From the NCBI GenBank assembly GCA_965644295.1, contig CBFFRP010000124.1, forward strand, positions 1-64,000: 64,000 bases of DNA, in the 5' to 3' direction. The notes below the pieces were generated by a model. It saw only the letters and a program-made list of their open reading frames with translations, had not been told where the DNA came from and did no database searches. The translations under genes and the position numbers were made by a program. How positions within the stretch are numbered: the first letter of the stretch is position 1; each line of letters opens with the position of its first letter. Source of the stretch: Paraphysomonas bandaiensis (lineage: Eukaryota > Protista > Chrysophyceae). Shown in pieces: positions 36,599 through 50,244 of the stretch.

Positions 36599-36694
36599 CA
36601 GGGCTAGGGAACAATATATTGCAATACTATTGCGAGCTACTTTAACAGAAACTATATTGATGGAATATTTTGCCGATCAATATATTGTTCCCTG
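36599..36694. mobile_element. Minimal deletion derivative of hAT family M2
   Basis: CAGGGCTAGGGAACAATATATTG ... CAATATATTGTTCCCTG; TSD GTA(A/T)GTGC. Confidence 0.78.
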
Positions 36695-36795
36695 GTATGT
36701 GCTATGTGCACAGTTACTTTATCAGTATTAATTATTAATCATAAGTTTACACTTTAACTTCAGCACAAGGGTAGTAACATGTAAAATATCGTTGG

Positions 36796-38507
36796 ATAAT
36801 TCTCTGCCCTACGATGGCAAATACAGTCCAACATAAAGTTTCACCCTATTAACCAGCTCCAAGCCCAATGTCTCTATTGAGACCGTGGCTGAGTCACATC
36901 AGTGTGCCCAGGGCCTTTTACACTCCCTTACTGCTGCATTTTGTTGACCACCGCGCTTCCGACAAATTACCTGTCACACCATGTTGTACACGCTCCAAGC
37001 CCCCCTGCCTGGCCTTGCAACCTTCACCCTACTCAACTACTTCAGTTAAACCACGTGCCTGCACCAATGCAGCGCTGACCGCACCTATGTGCTATCCCCT
37101 CAGCAGACAACTTCGTCTCACCCATCGCTTTCTACGGCTACAACCTCTCAGAACATGGCTCGTGCGAGCAGGCTCACGAAAACGACCCCCATGGACCCCC
37201 TATGCAATCACTGAATACTCTCGATCCCTCTCAACTGTGCAACAGGGCTGCCTTCTGCCGCCCACTCAACCCAACCCAACATGGTTTGTCTGTGGTCCAT
37301 CCACCCAGCAGGCTACCCCCTCACCCTGTTCACCTATCACCCCCACAGCCCATCCATCTCATTGGATAGACACTGTATTCCGCATACGGTATACTCGACT
37401 ACTGTACTACTGTGTCCTACAGGATGTATACCATTCCGTGTATACCTCTACTGCTGTTGGACACATCACCATGTCCATGTACCTGTCTACCTGTACTGCT
37501 GGACACATCACCATGTCCATGTACCTGTCTACCTGTACTGTTGGACACATCACCAGCTCTCTCTCTCTGTCCAACACACTCATAACACCACTGCAGTGTC
37601 ATACACACACACAGTACACTCTACCTCCTCCTAGAAAACCCCCAGACAAACTATCTCCTCTCCCTTCGTCTCTGACACCTTGCCGTCATATTCCTTACAC
37701 ACACTCTCTATGCCTCAGTCTGTACCCCCCTGCACCAACACAGACACTAACAAGGGCAGCTGAGGACGTCCGAGTGTCTCCTCCAGACCATCATCATCAT
37801 CACGATCATCTCGTGCATAGGTCTATCAGAGTACTCGACCTCAGTGACTCTTGTTCTGTTGCGCAGTCTCACTCTCCTCAATCAGATGTTGCCTCTCTTG
37901 CACCATCACACTCCCTCTCGACTCCCTGTAGCTGGACACACCGGATGACCCTCACATCCCACCCCTGTACAGCTATACACCCTCTTGCATGTGTTCTCTA
38001 CCGCTGGCTAAGACAGCAAAAGAGCCGATTTCGACGCTTCTTCACAGTAGGCCATAACCTTTTGCAAGACCTTCATCCACATACCTCCGAGCCACTTGGA
38101 ACAATGCCTAAAGGAAGGCCACCAGATCGCCAATCTCAGAAGGGCATATTACTGTTTCCCCTAACTGCCATAAGGCTAATAAGTCAGTCCCCGTGAGGTA
38201 CATAAGGCTATCTATCATATAGCGAGTGGAGTCTCATCCCAAGAGGAGACCTCCAGATCACACGCGCCGGTGAGTCCCAGGACATACGATCATGGCGAGC
38301 CTCATAACACACACTAAGAACGGAAGTGGTTGCACCTTGGTGCTTGCGGCGACGCACAAGCAGCTTCTGTAGCGTTAAATAGTAGGATAAAAGAGTTTGT
38401 ATTGATTAGTTACGGGTAGTAGTCTAACTAGTATGACTAGCATTCTTCTAGCCACTAATTGGTGCAGGCTTTCAACGCCTATTGCTAAATAATCAGACAT
38501 TCAATAT
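36796..38507 (+). mobile_element. Family A 1.7 kb non-autonomous retroposon with a 442-codon ORF (36868-38196)
   Basis: 12-bp TSD AAATATCGTTGG; near-identical copy at 52224-53934. Confidence 0.92.
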
Positions 38508-38722
38508 AAATATCGTTGGCAAACAGCAAACTGACCACCTCTACACTCTACAACGATCGCCGTAATCTTTATTCTGTATAGACATAATATTTTAATAATT
38601 CCTTTCTTGTAATTTGCTGCTAGTAAGTACGTAATACTACTCAGTATTAGCGTACATTATATCTTATGGAACCACCAATACTATAAGCTTGATATTCATC
38701 GTCCCAAAATGATTTTTATTGC

Positions 38723-39768
38723 TTACGTAACTTTACGAAAAACAAAAAAGCGTTCAAATCCTTTATCTCCGAATGCCTTTAACTTACACGTGTATGTAAG
38801 GGTCCACTTTCCACTTTCTAACAAGTCAAACAAAGTATCATTGGCATTAGCACCTCCCCTTCCTTCACCTACATATATAAACACATCGTTCTCCGGCGAT
38901 GCAGACACATAGGCTTCCAAACATTTGGTCGCCATATCTCCTGGGTCTGGGAAAACAATCATCAGGGCACGACCGTCAATTCCTCTAGATCTAGCAGGTA
39001 CAGTGCCTACACGCTTGAATACTCTTTCATCTCCTTTTTGGACATCTTTGTAGAAGTACTGAGTGGCTGCCGGATTATGCGAAGCATTTGGTAGGGGAAG
39101 GCTCGTCATCGAGTCAAACGCTCTTATATCTACTTTATGCTTGTCTACCAACTGCCTAGCCCATTGTCCATTTCCTAGAAAAAATATTACTGAAATTCAA
39201 TACATATTTGGACAAGATAATAGTGGTGTAGATGTATACCTGCCCCTAATTCAACAATTCCTTCTTTAGAACGTGCTATATCTGCTATGACTGTAAGTAC
39301 CTCGTCAGTGTATGTTGCACATCCATATTTTTCTAAGTGCGCTTGCCGATCCTGTACAGTCAAACCTTTCCCATAGACAATATCAGCAACGCTCGTCACA
39401 ATTTCATTGCGCTCTGACTCAGACATATCCTTCGTGTGTAAATCTTTTCGGTGCTTTACCAGCATCGATTGCAGCAATGTCTCATCTTCTTTGCGTTTGG
39501 CCAGGCCTTTTTTCAGAGACGGCCACAACATCATACCTTCATTCGAGGGTGAATTGGATTCATTTTTAAGATACTTTTGGAAATGCAATGAGTCCTCGTT
39601 GATAAAGAAACTTTGAATCCACGTTAAGTAGGAAGTATTGGGTTGCACTTGTTTAGCGGGCACAGAGCAAGGTGCATCTGCAGTGCAAGTGGACCACTGC
39701 TCCAACACACCCGAATATAATCCATAGCTTGCAGGGATAGATGACACTAAAAAACGTCTGGCAGACAT
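38723..39768 (-). CDS. Hypothetical protein with class I methyltransferase-like fold, 2 exons
   Basis: IVELGAG|NGQWA, DIRAFD, IVFPDP and YVGEGRGG motifs; intron near 39174-39238. Confidence 0.7.
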
Positions 39769-40173
39769 TGCTGTATGATAAGTAGAACCCAAGCACACGA
39801 GAAGGTACTGTCTGATCGTCTGCTATATTGCTGTTGGAGGGTATCATCTGCTGGAAGCAAGTCTGGATGTGACCACCTCGACAGTTGCAAGAATACCGAT
39901 ACTACATACGATATACACTGGTGTATTATCCGTCTGATGCTGATGGTCACAAACCTCTGTGCCATATACAGCAGTGTCTACCTCCACATCTACAGCAGTA
40001 CACTGTATGCACCGGTGTCGGTGTGTGTGTACTGCTGTGGATGTGGAACAAGAATGACCATCTATCACTCTCTCTCTATATATATATATGTGTGTGTGTC
40101 TGCGTCCGGCCCATTCATAAATCTACACACAATTAATTAACCCAATATGTCCTCTTAAGCCACAGTTAACATA

Positions 40174-43100
40174 ATGAATTTAGCTAGATTTCAACTTGCT
40201 TTGAATCATGATGATCCGGATATTGTTGTTCGGGGTCTGTATGAGTTCCAGGAGCGGATTATAAAAGAACATGATGCAGTTGCAAGTTTCGGTTACAATG
40301 GACGGAGTTTGGAGAGCAATCAGAGTGGACCCAATCATCCTGTTGCTACAACAGGGCTTCTTAAAGAGTACATAGCCTCATCTCCTCAGTTGGAAGAACT
40401 GTTTGTGTTGTTTCAGCTTCCTGGAAGACACGACAACACCACACTTGTTCAGACACACACAAGTTGTTTATCGGCTATTTTGTTTTGTGCTCAATCTGAT
40501 GCAAAATGTTGTGACACAATCGTTGCACGTGTGCTCAGTGAGCAGTCGAAATGCATCCTCAACCAGTTGTCGATGAGTAGTTCAGCTGTTGTGCACTCAA
40601 CTCTGGGGTTGTTGCTAAATATGTGCCGTGCATCCGACCAAAATTGTCGCGATACATATAGTCGCCTCATAAACCACGCTACTGAATTCAATAGCCTACT
40701 TCAACGAGGCAAAGGAGTATCATATGAAGCAGTTGGAAAGAAAGTATACACTGATGCGAGATACCTCATAATTCTTATTGTTTTCTGTCTCCTCAAATCA
40801 TCTGATGTGCCAATGCAATCGGAACTACTAGCCCATCGTTCTTTGTATAGTCGAGTTATTAATGGTATACATAAGGATCCAGACTACACTAAACTAGTTA
40901 TTTGTTTATGTGTTTTGGATTTGCTTTCTTCTCCTTCCATTAGAGTGACTTTAAAAGCGGACCTTGTCGATACGAATTTTTTAACTAAATTGCTTGAGTT
41001 TCAAGAAACCGACGAAGAGTCTGGGATTTCGAACGAACTCATTTCATCTGTTCTCTCTGCGTACTCCTCCGCTCTTAGTCAAGCCGTTGGAGGAACTCGA
41101 AAAGGAGGCAGTGGTGGTGGGGATGTGCATGGTCGTATCACCATGTTTATAAAGCAATTGAAGCCTCACGTTTATTTATTCCATCGCGAGGTAAGATAAC
41201 ACCCACTCAATTTACACTAACTCTGATACATGTATATGTGTTTTGGGTTTACTGTATGAGTATTATTCATGTATGCGTGCGTTTATAGTACACTGAGTAA
41301 CTGGGACTCTGCTGCAGTTGCTGGCCCCTATTCTCAACTCTCGCCCTGCTTTGCTTTCCCGATGCTTCGCGGCTATTCCAACACAATGGGAGCACCCTAA
41401 ATTAACCTTATCATATATCACTTCTCTGTCCTATGTATGTCATTTGTTGGATACTGTTGATATTGATCCAGCACTGCGTTCTGCTGCAAGAAACCTGACA
41501 TCAAGTGCTAGCGACAGATTGGATTTGCGACACACAGATAAAATGGAGGGTCCTGTGAAAACCTTCGTTACTTCCTTGTGTCGCTCTCTGTTGCCTTCAG
41601 GTAGTAAGGTTTTCATGACAATTTATTGCTTCTGAACATTTTCGTATATTTCATATTTAGGAATGACGAAGCGTGATCTTAGTCGAATTCTTCAGCATAA
41701 AAGCCCTCTGGTTCAGCGCATGGGGCTCATCCTTTTTCTGCGTGTGATTCAACGTATCGAAAAGTGTCTTCGTGAAATTTCTCACCACACTGCGGTATTC
41801 AACTCCATTCAAGGGCATTTGCTCAGCTCCATTGCTGGAATATTACCGGACATACAACTTGTGTTTTCTCTGCGAAACAGGTGTATCTGTGCTTCATACG
41901 ATGTGTTGTGTATCTATTCAAATCACTAACTTCTGTAATGGTGCGTAGGTATATCAAAGTTTTCTTTGAAAATCAAGCATCCTCTATCTGTCAAGGGGGC
42001 GGTAAATTATCAACTTCCGTCAATGACGAAAATGGTGTTAGTACTTTAGATAGTGATGAACACCTCCAGGATCGCGGGGCGTACTTCTCCAAGTTGATTC
42101 TCATTATTCTAGAAAAAACGTTTAAAACTATTCCAATGTTGATTCCAACCCAATGCAATTATGATATTACGAGGCTTTTAGATGATATAGTGACTTGGGA
42201 TAGTGATAAATCATCCAGTGAATATTATACTTCAATTCAGGAAAAACTCTCTCCAGTTCACAATCCCTCAACAGCACAGCACACAGCAGATATTGTCGTG
42301 GGTACTTTGCGTGTGCTGCATGCTGCAACATTGGGTCATCACTGTAAGTGGTTCGGTCCACAAAGTGATAGTGTGAAGACTTTATCATCGGTAATAGTCT
42401 CACAGAAGTGGGATATCACAGTAAAGCGCACAGCATTGACCAAACTATTGTTGCTGTCTTGTCTTCCCAACGCCTATTCTGCTGCAGATATCGATGAGCA
42501 CTCTAAATACTGTACTGTAGAACCAGTTGACGTCTCTCGTATTACGGAGGCAGCCAATCTGCTTCTGTCTCATGTACTTACCCAATCGGAACTGTTCCAG
42601 GGGCACGGAGTAACTGATGTTGAGATGGTTGCGGAGCGCAGTGCATGGCTCTCTGTGATAAAAAGGTGCATTGCGTCGACCACATCACCCACGTCTCAGT
42701 TACATTTTAATTTCATTTTCATATATGAAATGCTATTAAAAATATCTTTTCACTGGAATATTGAACTTTGTTCGAAGGCATATAGGCTACTACTCGACTC
42801 AAGTGACGGCACGCAAGAAGTATACAGTCTGTATGCTCACAAGAAATGTGTTCCATTTTCACCAGTATTGTTTTCAGCCATTTTATTATGCTGTGGAGAT
42901 TTTGGCATATTCAGTACCCAGTTGCCAAACCATATTAATTCTCATCTTACAGCTCTGCACGCTGCAGATAACAAAGAGGCTATCTCATTCTTTGATAAAT
43001 ACTGCGTGCACTTTCGGCAGGAAGCAGAGTTTATGGTCTCCCAAGTGCTGCTTACTCTTTTGCCATGTACCCCTGTGTCTTCATCACTGCTGTATTCGGT

Positions 43101-46100
43101 CCACAGATGCACTCTTGCTACCGCTAAGTGCACTACCTTGGCCCCGCAGTCAGTCACTGATATGACCCTATCTGCATGCTCACTTGTGTGCTACTCTTCA
43201 ACGGCAACAAAAGCAAAGGTTCCTTCGAAAGAGGTGAATACTTTGCGGGCCACCATGGAATTTATTGATTTGGAAAATCTATCGTCGTTTCAGTCATCGT
43301 TGCAGAACACATTACACATGTCCGATGCTGTCGTCAGGGACGTGTGTTCAGCTTATGCCACACCATCTGTGATCGCCAGTGTTGTGCTGAATATTTTAAA
43401 TTGGTTACCAATGCTGAATGCTGACAGCATTTCTTCACTTTCAACATCTGAACAACAGACTTGCCACTTTATCAGACAGTGGTGGATGCTGGTTGTTGAA
43501 GTTGCCCTCACGCACTGTAAAGATAATGTGTCGGAGATGTTTATTGAGTGGGTAATGAATGTGGTCCTTGGAGCGTGCGATATGTCACGGAAGTCATTTG
43601 ATCACAAAGTATTCATGGTTTCATACTGCCTACAGCTGCTCAAAACTCTCAGTGACTTTTTAAGTTCCATGCCAGTATCACAGAACAAGACCAGAAAAAG
43701 GACGAGGTCATCATCTTTGACTGATTCATCAAAGCAAATCAAATTAAAAGAACTGTGTGACCAGTTGTCTGTTGTAATTATAGACGTAATTAAGAGTACT
43801 GCCTGTGCTCCTATTATAGCGAGTGTGTTAAATACCTCACACATTCTTGATCACTTTTTGGAGGCAAATTATATTGGGATGTTGTATCGTAGAATTCTTT
43901 GTGCGGCCGTTCTGTGCCAATACAGACGCATACAGACGCAGTCAAAGAAGCGTAAACAACAAGCGGATGCAAAACAGTGTGAAGATGGAGGGAAATCTCT
44001 CTGGATTGCTATTAGCAACAAAGTCCGCGATGTTTCACTATCCTCAACAGGGAACGATGGAAGTGAATTGTTTTCGTTGTGCTGGACTCTACAAATGATT
44101 GTTGATGCTCCTGCTCTCAGAAGTATGTTCATGAACTATGCAATTGAGTGTGGGGATGCGGAGAATGGCTTTATGTTAACTTCATTCAATCAGAAGCAGT
44201 TATTGAAGACAAATGATCGTCAGATGCATTCTATTTTGTTTTCAGGAATGACAGCGGTACAGCGGTCTATAGTTCAGTCAGCAGGGCCACGTGCAATAGT
44301 ACGTGCAATTGCAGGACTTGGGAACAAGGTTATGAGTGTTTCAGTGGATGATAGAGGTGATTATATGCAGAATGCTCTACTAGGTACAGTAGTGGAAACG
44401 AATGGTAGGTATAGTAATGTGGAGAAAGGAGAACTCAAATGCCCATCATTTTATTGTGAACCTTTGAGCTTATACGACCCGACAGAGAACATCTCATCCC
44501 TTGGGAGTTTATCACGAAATATGTCGGCGCTAATGTTTTTTTCATCACTGTCTCCTAGTGTCAAATGTACAACTGGCTCTGTATTGCGAAGCATTATATC
44601 TTCTGAATCAAATATGGATACTCAACCAACCTATGGTGTTCAGTTGGGTAGTGTAATGTGTAGTCACACGCTGTCAAGGGATAGTCTTTCGATTTCTGTA
44701 ACTCAAAATTGGTCCGATGTTTGTAGTATTCCTACACTTAATGACTCAGTAGTTCAGTTAAAGTGGGATGAGTACAAAGCTACTTTATTGTCCCAATCGA
44801 GGAAACTGTCGGGGGTGGTGAGTGCATTTGACCGGCTATTGTTGTGTAACTTCGATATATTCAAGAATATTTTATTGAATGTTTTATCTACTGTTCAAAG
44901 ATTTATCGACAACAACCAAGTTGAAATATTTGTGCACTACATAACTCCAGCTTTTTTACAATCCGTGAATAGTATTGACTCACTGAACAATAATGAAGTT
45001 ATTGCTCTGTGGGCGTCATTGTTCATTGACACGTTCACATTTATTGCAGATAAGTCGATAAGTATCTTGAAAAAGGTATCTAGTGAAGATGTTGGGGCAC
45101 TTGCACTCAAGGAATGTTTAAAGACGCTTGAATTTCTGCTCTTGGTAAAGATACCCTTTGGATTTAATGAATTCCCCGTGGACATTCTCCGTAGGGTTCA
45201 TGACCAAGTGGCGGGTGTGTTGAATAAATGTTTAAAATTATGCATGAAATTTGGACTCGATATGGATTTTGTCGTTGAGTTCCTGGATTCACTGGCCCGA
45301 CATTTTTCTGGATTTCGAGAAGGAAGTGTATTAGGGTCAATCCTATCTGAGAAAGCACGTAGCGATGGTGATCATCAAGGACTGACTGTGTTGAAGTGTC
45401 ACATGATTTTGGAAATGATAGTCAGTCACTCAAAATTTGCGGAATTGCTAGGAGGATCGGATTGTGGTTCCAGTATTAATACCCCTTTGCTGAAGTTTAT
45501 TCTTTACTTGGTGGGTATTTCGACATGCGATACCCAAAATAGCGATTCCTGTGGAGTGTCTGTGGATTGCTTGGAGTTCCTCATGCAGTCTTGTTTACTC
45601 ATATATCGTGGCACGGTATCTATTGAAGACCGTATGATAAAGCGTGTGTTGCACCTTGCTGAATCCGCTTGCAGTGAGAAAATGTCGCCAGACCATGCAA
45701 GAAAACCAATATTTTCCTACCCTCCGCGTTCACTTTTGGGGGCGTCCCGGGGCAGCAATGTTAACGAGGTGACTTGGGTTTTACAAGCACTGACCCCACC
45801 TGCTGTTTATGCCACATTGGCGAATTTCCCTTTGCAGCGATCGTATGTTCCTTTTCCGATATATTTCGAGCATGAAGTTGTCACAGAGAACTACTCCAAG
45901 CACATGGACCAAATTCGAGATAGTGTATTGCGTAGTGAGGCACACAATGATACTAAAGTGGACGATGATAATTCGGAACATGGCAGTGACAGTGATGTGG
46001 GCTCCGTTCACGACTCCAACTTATCCTCTTCGATCGATTGGCTGTATCAGTGTGATCACAAGCTATTAGATCCTGCTTACTGGCTACCATGTATCCATCA

Positions 46101-48939
46101 CTGCCTTCACAACAGTGCTGACGTGTCCATGCGATCTTTTGCTAATTGCGGCGCACTTGCTTTGGTGGTTGCTTCGTTATCAAGTGATTGTGTCATAATT
46201 CGTACTTATGCGAAAGCTTGCTTACAGTTAGTTCTTGGTTTCTTGCAGAAACAAACTCCAGATAAAGACAGCGCATTCAAGGAAAGACCGCAGTTACTAC
46301 TTGTTGTTACATTTATTCGAAATGCGATGACCAGTAATGATGTAGACAGCCAGTTCCCCTTACCCTTGACAAGTGGAATATTTCTTGCTCGTGCAACTTT
46401 GCATTTGCTGCAGCCACAACATACTCTCTTTGGATTTATCAATAAATATCTTTTATCACGCCCTTTCTGTGATACGAAAGATGTTCCACTTTATGATCTA
46501 CTCATTGTAGACTCTGATATAAACGACGATGCACCTGGTCGATTGGCGGCATTACGATTGCTTCGTGATTGTATCGGTACTAAGGAAGACCATTTGAATA
46601 TGTGTCGTAAAAATGCCTACAGCCGACTGATGGTTTATTTCATGCTGTCATCCAGTGACATCAAAGTGAACCACGCAATTTTGGATATATTTGATAAGTC
46701 GCTGAGTTGCCCCCCAGCTGCGCGGTACTTACTTGAAAGATGTGCGTTTATTCCATGGTTGCAACAGCTGTCGTCTGTACTTAATAGCAATGACATTTCT
46801 CTGCTATCAAAGGAGGGGGTATCACGTAAATTAGTTTACGATACTTCGACCAATGAAAGCTATCAACAAGATGCGGCGTCGAGTTTGCCTCCTCTAAAAG
46901 CTGCTCCTACTCGATTACTTGCGAGAACTCTCGCTCTAATGAGAAAAACAATAGGCGCCTTAACTTTGTTGGAAAGTGACGGCTTGGATATTGTGGCCTA
47001 CCTACATAGGGCATTCACAAGTGTTTCCTGTATTGTGCAAGACATTGTTTCGCTCTCAAGGCATCGAAGTGAACTATGTGTAGAGTCTATACTGCCTTTT
47101 GATTTTTTCAAGCAGTTGACCTTATGTATATGGGATTTATGTGTTGCTATATCTGCTGCTGACGCAGAAGATGTTCGTGCGATGGGTATGCAGTGGAGTG
47201 CGCGTGATGTGGTTACTCTCGCAATATCGTGCAGAAATATCTACCAACATAGTCAACATGAGGTTGAGAGTAAGGAAGTTATCATTTCTTTACTCGCTAC
47301 TCTTGGCTTCCGTCGTTGTATTGCTATCGACTTGGAAAATGCCGAGGTTGGTGAATGCTTGGAATTACTGATGGGGTTGTCTTTGTCTCAATTTTTCCTT
47401 CCAAATATTACCCAGAAAGCTGCCACTGAATCGTCTAATTTATGTATGCTTCCCAACCTGTCAGCTTTGGCTCAAACAAAGAATCACACCGAGTCTGGAA
47501 ACATGTACACAACATCTATTCATTTAGTGCATCAAGAGTTGCTACATATTAGGCCAGATGCATCATGTGCAAAAGCCGCAACAACCCCCGGTTCAGGTGT
47601 AAGCGTGGATGAGTGTATCAGAAACATTATGCATACCAACTGGACCTTGTTTTCAGAAGAACAGTTCCAAAATACACGATTGCCAATGTCGCTGGGTCAT
47701 TTTTTTATGTTGGAAGTTTGCGTGAGAGCAATATCGTCAGTGCTATCCTGCCTTCCATCATTCGACTCTGAAACAGCGTCATTAGGCGTTTCGCTATCAC
47801 GGTGGGCTATTGTTATGAAAAAAGCTTTTGTTGATAGTTTTGTATTTGAAACCGATATACAGTTCAGCCAAAATTCAAACCGCATTGCAAGTCGCATTGT
47901 GAGCCTTTGTGATAATGGTGTGGTATCTGATTACTCAGATATGTCGCGGCTGCACTTGCTCTCTGCACAGTTGACTAATATTGCTACTGTGAGTCTAATA
48001 GAAAGTGGTATTCTCATAGCAGATACAGAACAGTCTCTTGGGTCTCATATTGAATCTGTTTTCAAAACCTCTCTCGCATGGTTGGTTTGTGGAAGACCCA
48101 ATGCCTTAGTTGATGAAGTGAAAGCCCGTCTTCGGCTTACAGAGGTGTGGAAACTTGATCAGCTGCGACATAGTAGCGAAGAATTTATTCATATTTTTTG
48201 TGGTATGCTATCCACTGTGCTAACTGTACATGACCGTGATTCTTCTTCGAGAGGGTCATGGTTTAAAATGCTGTGTCAGACACCACTATCTGCTATGGTG
48301 GATGATCCGACGACTGACGACGATATTGTTGCTGCTCTGCTATTTCGCCGAAGTAATTCACTGTTAAGTCAGGCCAAATGCTTCGTTGCCGACGATTTCA
48401 ACCAAACATCCTTGGTTCGAGTGTATAACGATGACATTCCCAGTTTTTCTCAAATAGACAGTATGTGGAGCGGTGAACACTATGAAACTAAAAGTCGCCG
48501 CTTATTGGGATCTTATGTATATCATGAAAATGTAGATTTCAGTACAGTCTGTACATCGGGCCAGTGGAAATTTGATCCAAAGAGTTGCAGCGATAATTCC
48601 GGGGTCGAGCTGCTTCTGAAGATGATTAAGTCAGAAGGAGGCCTCTACACTTTGCGTGGAGAGAGCACTACGCAATCGAATGCGGCTACTAGTGTTGTTA
48701 CGACTGAAAACGACATATCCACGAATCGTGATTGTGAAATCAGTGCCAATATGGCATGTAGCACTTCATCGCGCAAGCGACATTCTGAAATTGAAGAGGA
48801 TGAAAAAGGTATAGTTTTAAAGCGTCGAAAGGTGCTACCGAGGTTTCATGACTTAAGATATGTTGTGCACTTTAGTCGTCTGAAAGTGGGATCTAGAAAA
48901 AAACTAGATCTGCGAGAACGCAGATGCAAGGATAGATAG
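40174..48939 (+). CDS. URB1: Nucleolar pre-ribosomal-associated protein 1 (Npa1/URB1), multi-exon
   Basis: N-terminal SPQLEELF; NopRA1-like block DPAYWLP, ASLSS, ERPQL, FLARA...PQH..F..INKYLLSRP..D..DVPLY. Confidence 0.85.
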
Positions 48940-49147
48940 AAATAGGCTGCAGTGACGCCACCCTGCGTGCTTTAGATTGAGTGCTAGTTTGCTTATATTT
49001 TGTTATAAAGATAATGAATTATAGATGAAACTTTTATGGTCGCGCATTTTTACATAGCTCAGCTAGAGGGCAAATACATGATGGAAAAATATTTCAACGA
49101 CACTAACACTAGTAAAATACAACGTCGATCGAATCACTCCTAGTAGT

Positions 49148-49518
49148 GAATGTCTGACATTAGCAATGGGCATGTAAGAGTCATGACTAATAGCAATAGC
49201 AAAACAATTTGACTAACTAGTGCTTTAACTCTGATACTCTACCATTTGGCTCTACGAAAGCTGATTGTGCGTCACCGCAGGCACCAAGGTGCAACCACTT
49301 TCGCTCTCTGTCCTCAAGGTAATTCGTCAAGGCCCAAAGACGTCTACACAAGTGACGCCTCTTACTTTAGTGTTCCTTGTACCACACAAGCATTAGGCTA
49401 TGAGTGGGTAGAACATTATCTACTGACTATATATGCGGCTCACGTTAGTTTCCCGGAGAAATATCTCCCGTACTTATTCCCCAGAACACCACGAAAAGGT
49501 GTGGGTTGAACTGAGGGT
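49148..49518 (-). mobile_element. Family B short retroposon, internally deleted
   Basis: 15-bp TSD ATCACTCCTA(G/C)TAGT at 49133-49147 and 49519-49533. Confidence 0.87.
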
Positions 49519-49647
49519 ATCACTCCTACTAGTATAAGTTAGCTAGAAAATGATATATATTTCCTTCTAAAATAAAATTTATAATTCTTAATACTTAATA
49601 ATACAAGTACTTTTCCGTACTAATGCTTCAGATGAGATGCGCTTGTA

Positions 49648-50244
49648 CAAAACACAGACAGAAACGGAAACGCCCAAGGGTGCTAAGATTACTAGGAATC
49701 CACAGACGAACCGAGACTGGAACACCGCCCACCGCACATATGAACCCTACCAACCATACACAAAGGACCATAGCACCGGACCGTATGAAACCAACAGGCC
49801 CTAGACAACGGCGACGACGTCTCCGGCAACTCCACCTATGCCCAACGCCCAGATGGTGCATGGCGACACCGCCACATTCCACCACACCATTAACCTTAGT
49901 ACACACATCTAGTGCTCGGTACACTCAGGACCTTAATACAGAACCCTGTACCTCAGAGCCAGGCGGAACCTTATCCCAAGGGGAGACCCCCGGACAACAC
50001 GCGCCAGTGAGTCCTCAGACACACGAGCAGCGCGAACTCACACACAACATTAAGAACGGAAGTAATTGCACCTTGGTGCTTGCGGCGACGCACAAGCAGC
50101 TTCTGTAGCGCTAAATAGTAGGATAATAGAATTTGTGCTGATTGGTTATGAGTAGAGGTCTAACTAGTAGATCTAGCATTCAACTAGCCACTATATCGGA
50201 ACGAGTTTTTAACGCCTATATTGCTAAATAAAAAGACCTTTAAT
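49648..50244 (+). mobile_element. Family D retroposon, a diverged relative of family A, probably 5'-truncated
   Basis: 11-bp TSD ATGCGCTTGTA; 49960-50244 homologous to the 3' part of family A. Confidence 0.87.

Noticed and set aside
37083-37270. DGR-type variable region
   Set aside because: Differences are not restricted to adenines and no RT gene is adjacent
36868-38196. 442-aa ORF as a reverse transcriptase or transposase
   Set aside because: No YxDD, endonuclease or DDE motifs; composition is low-complexity
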